Positions 26,622-37,800 of a stretch of 64,000 bases of DNA are shown piece after piece (the stretch's first letter is position 1; the number at the start of each line of letters is the position of its first letter). The notes below the pieces were generated by a model. It did no database searches. It saw only the letters and a list, made by a program, of their open reading frames with translations, and was not told the DNA's origin. The stretch is from contig OZ024740.1 of assembly GCA_964016885.1 (NCBI GenBank), forward strand, positions 184,574,001-184,638,000, written 5' to 3'. The translations under genes were made by a program, and so were the position numbers. Source of the DNA: Eledone cirrhosa (lineage: Eukaryota).

Positions 26622-26928
26622 TGATTTCTTTATTGGCCACAAGGGCTGTCATCAAGAAAAACATCACAGACGGAACAGGACAGTACGATGTGGGTTTTGT
26701 GCGTGTAAATATTTTTATTATTTATATAAGAAAAGAAAAAAGACATAAAACATATATATATATAAACAATAAAATGAAAATTGAAACAATGAAAAATTCC
26801 CCTATAGGGGGGAAACCTCCGACAGTTACTCGTGGCAAAAACCACACAAAAGACCACGGCCACCCTGACTACCAGGGCAAGCGCCCTCTCTCAATTTTTC
26901 CATCTCTCAAACTACAGACGTATATTCA

Positions 26929-29900
26929 CTACAGACGTATATTCACTCGGACCATTCTCGCTACATTCACCCACCTTTCAACAAACTTGCTAGAAAGCAG
27001 CACTTGCCTCTCCACCCTGATTTTCCTCTTCAAGTGAAACTTGAAAAAGTTAATCAGGGATTCGCCGAAGAGGAAAGTGTTTGTCTTTAATCCTTTTAAC
27101 CTTGTCCACCACACAATCTCTTTCGCCATGGCCACCAGGCAGATGAAAACCGCCTGCCCTTCCTCTTCGAAGGAAGACGGCGAGACCATCTGCACAATGG
27201 ACTCAGTCGACAACCGGATCAGTCCCACACGTGACAGCAACTGTTCGACATAGCTCCACAAGTCAGCAATGCTCGGGCACTCAACGAGTGCGTGCACAAC
27301 GGTTTCGTCGCTATGCGTGCATCTCGGACAGGCTCGGCTGACGGCACTTCTGTGCCTGTAGAGCTTATCTCGAACCGGCAGCGCTCCCCGGTAGCACTGC
27401 CAGGGATTTTTGGAAATTATCCATAGGCCCCGGGCTGAAAGTTCTCCGGAAGAGAGCAAGCAGCTGATCTTCTTCGATGCCCAAGATCTCTCCGAGAACG
27501 TCGTCGCTCTTCCCCTCAACTAGTCCTCTATAGAACGCCGAGGTGGATGTTCCACCGATACTGGTGCCCAACTGGGAGAGGGCAGTGAGCGCCTGGAGAC
27601 ATTCCAGTTTCCAAGCGCTATCCCTCGGTCTTTTGTTGACCCAGGACTGCAGCTCCGTCAAGGAGACGAACTGTGGGAAAATGTGCCTGGTGAACGGCGA
27701 CCACACCCGTTCACCATCAAGGAAGCACCAGAGATGTCGCAGCCTCAGCGCATGTTTGCACATCATCAGCCATGGCATGCCCAGTCCTCCACCGAACGGG
27801 TGTTGACAGCAGATGGATCGTCTGACCATGGGAGCACGTCCCTTCCACTAAAAGCGGAAGTGGAGGCGCTCCATTTTGGTGAGAGTTGGGTTGGAGCAAG
27901 GGACGACGGTGAGGCGGTAGCAGATGACGGATGCGATGTACGCATTCGCCACTTCCGCCCGGCCTTTCAGGGACAGCTTCCTCTCAGCCCATTTCTGGGT
28001 GAGGGAGGCCACCTTGCTCGTCACCTCGTTCCAGTTTTTCTCCATCTGGAGATCCGGTTCCGAACCAGACCCCGAGCAATTTAACCGGTCCGTCCGTCCA
28101 ATGCCCTATGACGCTGTCGGACGGCATGGACTTGCCTCTCCAGGTGCCTAGCTGACAGCCCACCGACTTTGCTCCTGTCACCGTTTCGTATTCCTTGGGA
28201 GTGGTGCCGAGCATATGGACGTGTCTGGTGCTCGACACCACCACGGTGACGTCGGCAGCGTAAGCCGACTCGGATTTCCCGCATCCTAGTTCGCGTGGGA
28301 CGCCCATCATCGCCCCCAGTTTGTGCAGTAACGGCTCGAGAGCCAATACGTACAAGAGGGACGAGAGGGGACAACGCTGGCGGACTGAGCGCATGATGCT
28401 GAACGGCTGCGACAGGTGACCGTTCACCCTCACAGCCGAGCAGATGTCGCTGTACATTGCTGCCATCCAACGCCTGAAAACGGGCCTGAAACCAGCTGCC
28501 TCGAGGACCGCCGCTAGGTACCGATGGTCGACCCTATCGAATGCTTTGGATTGATCCAAGTTGATCAGAGCCCCACCCTTGCCAGGTTCCTTAACCACCC
28601 TCTCTATGATGTATCGCATGAGGTGGAGGTTGTCGTCTATGGATCTGTCCGGGATGGCGCATGTCTGCGCCTCTCCCACCAGACCCTTGACGACAAGCGC
28701 CAGCCTCGTTGCTAACACCTTGGCCAAAATCTTGAACTCTGCGTTTAGCAGAGTTATGGGCCTGAAATTATCAATAGCATCCCCCTTTTTCGGTCTTTTC
28801 TCAGCAGCGCCACTGCTCCCCGGCTCACAAAACTGTGAATTCTCCCGTTCTGCTGCCAGTTGCAGTAGACGTCTGCCAAGAGGTCACCGAACAAGTCTGG
28901 CATAAATGCATAAAGCTCGTAGGGCAGACCATCTAAACTTGGCGATTTATCTCTTGTGCAGTTAGCCATCGCTTCCCGTATTTCACCGGCTGTTATTGGC
29001 TTTTCGCAACACTGTGTTGCTGTCGTTGAGAGCCGAGGCAGTCCGTCAAGGTATGCACTGAAGTCCATGTCCCGATCCGGGCCGCCGCCGCTCCCGAACA
29101 GTTCAGAAAAGTGCTGCTGAAAAGCTTCACACATCCGCTCGGGTTCGAGCATCACGCACCCGTTTTGGTCAGACAAAGACCGAATTGTGGCTTTATTGCC
29201 ACGTCGCGCCTCTGCCACCCGGGCCCATTGGACGGCTTTTGTCTCCTCGTGTTTCAGAGCACGCGCTCTAGCTCTGACAACGCAGCCTTCGTGTTTTGCA
29301 TTGAAGAATTGGTCGAGTGCCAATCTCGCCGCAAGCACGTCGGTTGCGATGCCTGTCCTAAACGCCTCTTCTAGCTTTCTGACTAGCTCTCCCTCTACTC
29401 TATTTTCCTCTATCACTACTCCTTTGCTAAACCTAATCGACTCTACTTTAATTTCCCTTTTCAGGGCGAACCACCACCTGTTGTTGACGACCGCTCCCGT
29501 CAACGCCGGCTTAACTAATACGCTAATCCGGTATCTGTAGGCCTTGCGCGCCGGGAAAGACGCGTTCAGCTTCCAGTAACCAGGCCCTTGTCTATGAAGT
29601 CTGTTTATGTCGATCTCACAGATCACAAATTTGTGGTCTGTGTAGTCGACTATTTTAAATTGTGGACAACTTATACTAGCCTTATCTAGTTCCCTGCAGA
29701 ATACCCTATCTAGATACGATCTGGATGATCCGATACGGTTTGTCCATGTCCACATTGGCACATTCGGGTGATGCAGTCGATACCTGTCAGACAGTTCAAA
29801 ACGTCTGAGCAGGCTGGTGAGGCTCTTGCACCCTCCTCCCCTATCCACTAGCCCCACACGATCCCAGCGTGCATCCAGATACCGTTCCAGTCGCACACTA

Positions 29901-30311
29901 ACACTAAAGAGCGGGACGTTCCAAGAAAGGTCTCTAGACGTCTGAAGAAATCTGGCCGTCCTGCCCCTGTTGGAGCGTAGACGGCTACTAGCCTGAAAGC
30001 ATTGCCTTCGCTGCCGGTCACGTCCAGCACCACCGACTTACCTTCTGGGTCCAGGAAGATGGCCCGTATCGCGAGATCCAAGCCTCTCCGAAAAAGGACA
30101 GCAACCCTCCCCCCGATCCTGGACGGCTGGGAGATGCGTATACATCGTAGCCGCCGAAGTTCGGTGCGAAGGCCTGTGCCTCGGAGATTCTGGTTTCACT
30201 GATGGCCACCACATCTATGTTTAGTGACCTGAGGTCATTGAGCAGGTGACCCTGCTTCCAAGATGACCCCAGGCCACGTGCATTTATACTGCCTATTCTG
30301 AGTACAGCCAT
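26929..30311 (-). pseudogene. A1 ORF2 (APE endonuclease + reverse transcriptase + zinc finger), disrupted
   Basis: Collinear ORF fragments 30018-30347, 29848-30081, 28754-29896, 27984-28727, 27848-28045, 27365-27829, 26929-27519. Confidence 0.9.
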
Positions 30312-30343
30312 GTTGGATGAGAAACGGGGCAAATGGGAAAGGG

Positions 30344-32110
30344 TCACTTACCTTGTTCGTGTGGTGAAGGGACAGTAGAACCGTCCCTTTCGCTGGTCAT
30401 GAGTGTTTCCAAGAGGATGTCAGTGTATATCATCTTGGTAACCGTCCCTCTGAAGTCTCCAACTGCGTTGGGGAATTTTTGTTTTAAAGGTTTGTATTGT
30501 TCTATTGAGATTTCGATGTTGCTTATGTTTGTCGGGAGAGTTCTTGGTGTTGGTGGGGTGTAGTAGTTTTTTTCCGTTATGTCTGTGTGCTGCTTTATAT
30601 ATTTTATGAGTTCTTTTTTTGCTATGTTTATGGCTGTGTACTTTTTGGGGGGAGGGGTGATTTGTTTGCCGTTTTCTTCTTGTTGCTGTTTGGTGTGTGT
30701 GTCTTGTTGTGTTTGCATTGTTGGTGTTTGTGGTGGTATTGCTGCAAGTTTCCTTGCTGCCTTTACCCCTCTTTGTATGCCTTCGCTTTAGGAGGGTGAA
30801 TCTAAGGGTTTTTTTGTTTTTTGTTTTTTGTGGCAGACCGTTTGCCACTTCAATCCCGCCTCAAACTCTATGTCGGATTCCGTAGCGTCTGGGAGGGGTA
30901 TGTGCTCCACGGCTGTTCTTGGTGGTAGTGGAGCCCTCTTCGGCAATTTTGTTTCCGGTGTAGCTACTTCAAATGTAGCTATTGGTGTTGCCGCTACTGA
31001 TGATGCTGCTTTAGTTATCCGTGGCCTTGGTACGGGTGCTACGGACGTTGCCCTCCTACTCACCATGGAAGGGGATTCTTCGTTTGTTGCCTGTCCTGCT
31101 CTTGGTAGCATAGGACCAGGTATTGAAAGGAGAGGGGCCCTCTTCGCTGTCTTCTGCAGGCAAAACGCCCTGGGGTGACCCTTCGACCCAGAGAGATAAC
31201 ATTTTGGCCGTCTTCCTTCTACAATTATAGGGAGTTGGAGTCCTTCCTCGATGTCTATGATATCGGGGATAGCCTCGATACATTCCTGGTCAGTTTGTAT
31301 AAGCATTTGCATGCCTATACCTGACCAGTTCTCTCTCCCCATTTTTTCTACTTGCAGCATGGTCGCCCTGTTCTCAATTCCAGCAAGGACAGACGCGGCC
31401 AGCCAAGGTATGGGCACGTCGGGTGGGACCTGGGTCACTTTGACCCTCATAATTTTTTGCCCGCAGTAGGAGGGCACCAAGACTATCTCCTCACTCTTTA
31501 GGGTTTACAAAGTGTGATACTTTGCTTCCTGGGGGGTGGCGAAAAGTACGTCTACTGTGGCGTACTTTCTGCCTCGGGTGATGTGGGGTTTTGCGTGCCC
31601 AGACGCACCCCAAGGCCTTTTGGATTTGAGCCTTCGTGGCTCTCTCCACTCGATGTGAGATTTTGCTTACGGTGCGGTAAGTCGCCGTCCGTAGCTGCTG
31701 GTCCTTGAAAAAATCGGGTGGAGGTTTCAGGGAAACTCTATTTGCGCTTCTTGTCACCATGGCCCTTGCGACTGCCATCTCCTCCTCTGTGACTAACACT
31801 GTCTCGATATTTCGGGCGACACCTGCAAAAGAAGTTGTCACTTTTTCTGCAGCACCACTATTGCTGCCGCTACTGGTCTTACTGGTGGTGCTGAGGCCGC
31901 TGTTACAAGTATCGGTGTTATTGCTGTTGTTTTCGCTGGTACAGTTGCTGCTGTGGCTGTTGTTATTGTCATTGTTATTGTCGTTCTCGACCTTACCGCT
32001 GTTATTTTTGTTATTGTCGTTCTCGACTTTACCGCTCTTATTTTTGTTGTTGCTGTTGTTATTGATGGTGTTGCTGTTGAGGGTGTTGTTGGTGTTATGT
32101 TGGTGTTGTT
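30344..32110 (-). pseudogene. A1 ORF1 (RRM-like region, degenerate CCHC knuckle, T/P/K-rich linkers), disrupted
   Basis: RRPKCYLSGSKGHPRAFC knuckle. The central domain aligns with 33304-33936 and 39391-39873 (PSxxG.R..R.RV....P....WL..., EN/DWSG..ME/EILI). Confidence 0.8.
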
Positions 32111-32119
32111 TGTGTTAGA

Positions 32120-34783
32120 ACATTGGCACATTCGGGAAATCCAATCGGTACCTCTCAGACAGTTCAAAACGCCTGTGCAGGTTGGTGACACTCTTGCACG
32201 CTCCTCCCCTTACCACTAATCCCACACAGTCCCAGCGTGCATCTAAGATCCCGTTCCAGTCGCCCACTAACACTAAAGAGCGGGACGATCCAAGAAAGGT
32301 CTCCAGACGCCGGAAGAAATCAGGCCGCCCTGCTCCTGTCGGGGCATAGACGGCTACTAACCTGAAAGCTTGCCCGTCTCCGCTGGTCACGTCCAGCACC
32401 ACCAACTTACCTTCTGGGTCCAGGAAGATGGCCCGTATGGCAAGATCCAAACCTCTCCGAAAAAGCACAGCAACTCCTCCCCCGATCCCGGACGGCTGGG
32501 AGATGCATACACATCGTGTCCGCCGAAGATCGGTGCGAAGGCCCGATCCTCGGAGATTCTGGTCTCGCTGATGGCCACTACATATATGTTTAGTGACCTG
32601 AGGTTGTTGAGCAGGTGGCCCTGCTTCCATGACGACCCCAAGCCACGCGCATTTATGCTGCCTATTCTGAGTGAGGTCATGTTGAAATGGAGTGGAAAAG
32701 ATGGGAAAGACCAATTACCTTACTTCTCGGAGAAGAAGGACGGTATCTCCATTCTTTTCACTGCTTGTGGCCTCCTCAGGAAGGATGTCCTTATAAATCC
32801 TCCTGGAGAGTGCTTGTCGGAAGTCTCCGATGTCTTTGGGGAATTTTTGTTTTAGTGTCATGTACGTTATCTGTGTGATGCGAGTGATTTGTATGTGTGG
32901 AGGTGGTGTGAACTTTTGGGTTGTTGTGTAGTCTTTTTCTGTGATGCTGGTGTTGTGTTGGATGTAGTGTAATAATTGGTTGTTGTTCAAATGTAATGTA
33001 GTGTGTATCGTTTTGGTTGTTTTGTTTGCGTTTGTTGTGGGCTTGTTTCTGTTTCGCTTTTTGGTGACTTTTGTGGTGTAGGTGATGGTGGTGTTGGGGT
33101 TAATAATGGTGATGGTGTTGGTGTTTGGGGTGCTGGGGTTGGTGATGCTGGTGTGGATGGTGGCATATCTGTCCTAACTTTTTTGTTTGATAGTTTATTT
33201 GTTTCCCTCTGTATTTTGTTTTTAGAGGGGGAAGGAAGAGAATGTTTTTCTTTTCTGGTTATATTTTTTATTTTTTCCTGATACCGTTTCCCACTCCTCG
33301 TCGTCACAATCTATCTCCAGTTGTGATAGGCCGGGGAGTGGAAAATCCTCCACAGGCGTTAGTTTTGGTTGTGGCCTGGTGGATGGTGTAGGCGCTGGTG
33401 CTAGTTCTGGCGCGTTGGGTGGTGGTGGTGGTGTTGGTTTTGCTACTGTTGCTGAGGTTGTTGCTGTTACAGTTGCTTCTGTTGTTGCTGCTACAGTTGT
33501 TGCTGCCATCTCTGCTGCTGTTGGTGTTGATGGTTGAGTCACTTCCCTCGACAATTACGGTGAGGTGGCTGCCGTCAGTGAGGTCTATTACCTCTGGGAT
33601 CTCCTCAATGCCTTTTTGGTCCGCTTTGATCAGGAGCTCCATCCCAGATCCGGACCAGTTCTCCTGCTTTTCTTTCGCTATTTCGATTATCTTGGTGTTG
33701 GCTTCGATGCCGGCGAGGACGGCAGCTATTAGCCAGGGAATTTCGATGGCCGGTGAAACGTGGGTGACCCTGATCTTTACGAGTCTCTGGCCACAATAGC
33801 TTGGGACGAGTGTGAAGTCGTCACTTCTTAATGGGGCCATGGAGTATTCTCTAGCCTCCTGTGGTGTTTCAAAGAACACGTCCACAGTTCCATACTCCTG
33901 CCCACGTCTGATATGAGTTTTTTTTTGCCCACACATGTCCCAAAGCTTTTTGGATTTGGGACTCGGATGCCCGTTCCAATCGGCGCGATTTTATATTAAT
34001 TGTTCGATAAGACACGGTGCATAGGCGCCGATGGCCCATTTTATTAGGTGTTAGGGGGGGGGGAAGACGCCGTACCCATCTTTCTTTACCATTTTTTTGG
34101 CTTCTTCTAATTCCTCCTGAGTTACCTGAAATTATTCGCACTGTTTTGCTACTCTGGCAAAACTCACGGTGGTTTTCTTAATGTCATTGTTGCTGTTGCT
34201 GTTATCGTTATTTTTGTTATTATTAATTTTAGTTTCAGTTGTGGTCGTGGTGGCGTCAGTGGTGTTCGGTGTGGAAGAGCTCATTTTGGTTGAATTCATT
34301 TCGATATCACGAGTTAATTTTTTTTTCCTTTTGTTTCTGTTGTCGCGGTGCTGGTGAGGGTCGTGGTTGTCGCGGTGGTGGTGATGGTAGTGGCGGCTTT
34401 AACACCTGCAGTCATTGGTAATGGCGGGAAATGAATGTCTGCCTGAGACAAATTTAAAATATTGCTACTGCTTATATTTTTAGTGTTGGCAAACGTAGTA
34501 ATATTTACAATGGTGGTGTCGGTGTGAGGTTTTAGTTTGTGAGAAAGGAGTGACTCTGAGTCAGCCATGATGTTTCAAAGAAAAATTTTTGTTTGATAAT
34601 TATAAAAGTTTAAATTTGGGGCTCAAGGCCCCAATCTTTTTGGGTGTCCTTTTCAGATAACAATGTATGTGCACTTATATACAGTTAACAATAAAAAAAA
34701 TTCCATGAATGGCAATTTTGAACAACTGAAAATAACAAACCTTTGCGGAGCTCACGATGATACGATTTACTACGTAGGTCGCC
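32120..34783 (-). mobile_element. Tx1/L1-clade LINE, copy A2 (5' UTR, ORF1 and endonuclease N-terminus only)
   Basis: ORF1 starts at ATG 34568 (MADSE...). EN start MTSLRIGSINARGL at 32680 continues to LVGDWN...NVPM and stops abruptly at about 32120. The 5' end abuts (AAT)n. Confidence 0.88.

Positions 34784-34827
<44 letters not shown>
34784..34827. repeat. (AAT)n tract between Tx1-like copies
   Basis: Directly visible. Confidence 0.95.
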
Positions 34828-34830
<3 letters not shown>

Positions 34831-37800
34831 TTTCATTTATTAGCCACAAGGGCCGACATGTAGGGGACAATACAAAGACAGTGACACTGGGGTTTACAAT
34901 AAGGTCGAGTAAAAGTGCACAATGGCAAGACTAATTTAACAATGAAAATATAAAAATATAAAATAAATTATGCATAAATATAACAAAATAAATTCCCCGA
35001 TAGGGGGTGGACGACCCTGGGGTGACTCGGGTACACCACCAATCCTGAACCACCCTGCGTTTCTAGGGCACCCAGGGAGAGCACCCCTCTCCTCAAGTTA
35101 GCTAGCCTATAGGCGCATTGTCAGAGTAGGCTCATTCACACGAGCCATTCTCGCCACATTCACCCACCTTTTAGCAAATCTACTGGGGGACAGCACTTCT
35201 CTCTCCACCCTCACCTTCCTTTCCAGGTGAAACTTGAAGAAGTTGATGAGGGATTGGCCGGAGAGAAAAGTGTCTGTCTTCAGTCCTTTTAACCTGCTCC
35301 ACCATACAACCTCTTTTGCAACTGCCACCAGACAGAGGAAAATTTCCTGCTCTTTCTGACCTAAGGAAGGCGGTGGATCGATCTTCGCTATGGACTCGGC
35401 CGATAGCCGGATTCGTTCCACACGCGAGAGTAGCTGTTCGATATAACTCCACAAGTCAGTAATGCACGGACATTGGACGAGTGCGTGCAGAACGGTTTCG
35501 TCGTTCTGTGCGCATCTTGGGCAGGTCCGTCTGACAGCACTTCCGTGCCTGTAGAGTTTATCCCGAACCGGCAGTGCCCCCCGGTAGCACTGCCAAGCGA
35601 GGGATTTCTGGAAATTGTCCATCGTCCCCGGCTCAAAAGTCCTCCGGTACAGACTGGTCAATTCGACTTAGTCGAGGCCCAAAGCTTCTCCGAGTGCGTC
35701 ATCGCACTTTCCCACCACTAATCCTCTATAGAACTCGAGAGTAGAAGTTCCACTGATCGCATTGCCCGCTTGGTAGAGGGCAGCGAGTGTCAGTCACACA
35801 ATCTCGGTCTCTCATTGACCCAGATCTGCAGTTCAATCAAAGAAATGAGCTGCGGAAAGGCCCGTCTGATAAACGGCGACCACACCTGTTCACCGTTGAG
35901 GCAGAATATCTGGAGATGTCGCAGCCTCAACGCATGACTGCGCATCATTAGCCACGGCATGCCCAGCCCTCCGCGTAGAGGGTGATGGCAGCAGATGGAC
36001 CGCCTCACCAACGGAACTTGTCCCCTCCTCAAGAATTTGAAGAGGAGCCGTTCCAACTTGACGAGGCGCAGACGGGGACAAGGCACGACGGTCAGGCGGT
36101 AGTAGATGACGGACGCGATGTACGCATTCGCCACCTCCGCACGACCTTTCAGTGATAGCTTCCTCCCAGCCCATTTTTGGGTGAGACTGGCTACTCTGCT
36201 CGTTACCTCGTCCCAATTCTTTTCCACCTGGAGGTCTGGTCCGAACCAAACCCCGAGCAACTTTACCGGTCCATCCGTCCAGCGCCCCACGACGCTGTTG
36301 GACGGCATGGGCTTGCCTCTCCAGGTTCCGAGCTACATGCCCACCAACTTTTCCGGGTTAAGTTTGACTCCTGTCAATCTTTCATATTCCTTCGATAAGG
36401 TGCCGACCACCTCGATTTCTGAGGTGTTCGACACCATCACTGTGATGTCGTCCGCATAAGCCGACACCGCCTTTCCACGTCCCGGTTCGAGCGGGATGCC
36501 CTGCAACAGCTCCAGCTTCCGCAGTAAAGGCTCGAGAGTCAATACGTAGAGAAGGGAAGAGAGAGGGCACCATTGACGGACCGAACGGGAGAGCCGAAAT
36601 GGTTCCGAGAGGTGGCCATTAATTTTGACCACCGAGCAGGTGTCGCTGTGCATTGCAGCGATCCAGCTTCTGAAGACGAGGCCGAAGCCAGCCGCCTCGA
36701 GGACAGCCTCCAGGTACCGATGGTCGACCCTATCCAATGCTTTTGATTGATCTAAATTGATCAGAGCCCCACCGAAGCCAGGTTTACACCATACCCTCTC
36801 TATGATGTATCGCATTAGGTGGAGGTTGTCGTGTGTGGACCTGGTTGGGATTGCGCAAGTTTGCGCCTCCCCAACCAAATCCCCGACGTGAAGCGCCAAC
36901 CTCTTCGCTAACACCCTGGCCAAAATCTTAAACTCTGTGTTGAGCAGAACTATGGGCCTGAAATTGTCTAATGTGTCCCTCTTGTTCTCGTCTTTCCTTA
37001 TCAGCGTTACTATGCCCCGACTCACAGAACTGGGAATACTTCCGTTCTGCTGCCAATTGGAGATTGGAGAACAAGTCTGGCATATTTACATAAACTCGTA
37101 GGGCAGACCATCCAAACAGGGTGACCTGCGCTCATGCAGCCGACAAGGGCATCCTGAATCTCGGCTGAAGTAATCAGCCTTTCGCAGCGCCCAGCGTCGG
37201 CCATCGAGAGTTGCGGCAAGCCATCGACGTAGGGACTGAAGTCCGCCACCGTCTCTGACTCGCCACTTCCCCCGAACAACCGAGCAAAATGTTGGCGAAA
37301 GGCTCCACACATTTGCTTGGAATCGTTCAGCTCGTGTTCATCTCGGTCCGTCAAAGACCGACTCGTGGTTTTATTACGACGCTGCGCCTCTGCCACACGG
37401 CCCCATCGAACAGCTTTGGTTCCCTCTTTTCTCAGAGCATGCACCTTAGATCTGACTATGCAACCTTCGTGTTTCGCATTGAAGAAATGGTCAAATGCCA
37501 TTCTCGCCGCTAGCACATCAGTTGCAATGCCACTACCAATAGCCTCGTCTAACTTATCTAACAACTACCCCTCCTTTCTATTTTTCTCTAAAGCTACTTC
37601 TTTGCTAAACTCTATGAACATTACACTAATCGCTCTTTTGAGAGACCCCACCATCTATTGTTGACGACTCCCCCTGTCAACTTTTTCTTAACTAAATTGT
37701 TGACCTGGTCCCTGTAATCCTTACGTGCCGGAAAGGACATGTTCAGCTTCCAGTAACCAGGTCCTAACCTACGCGTCTTATCTAGGTCGACCATACAGAT

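Larger units (their letters stand above)
26619..32119 (-). mobile_element. Tx1/L1-clade LINE, copy A1 (5'-truncated within ORF1; frameshifted)
   Basis: ORF2 pieces: APE endonuclease (RIGSINARGL, AISETR, VAVYAP, SYLDRVF, TDHK, GYWKLN), RT (KSPSLDG, LDQSKAFDRVDH, VRQRCPLS, AYAAD, LLGVWF, LSLKGR, GGLGMP) and C-terminal CPRC..H..C. 3' UTR has AATAAA. ORF1 lies at 30344-32110. Confidence 0.92.

Noticed and set aside
26392-26667. ORFs with poly-Ile/Ser/Leu or (IY)n runs, here and at 12346, 47087-47463, 57830-58235
   Set aside because: They are translations of microsatellites, not proteins.
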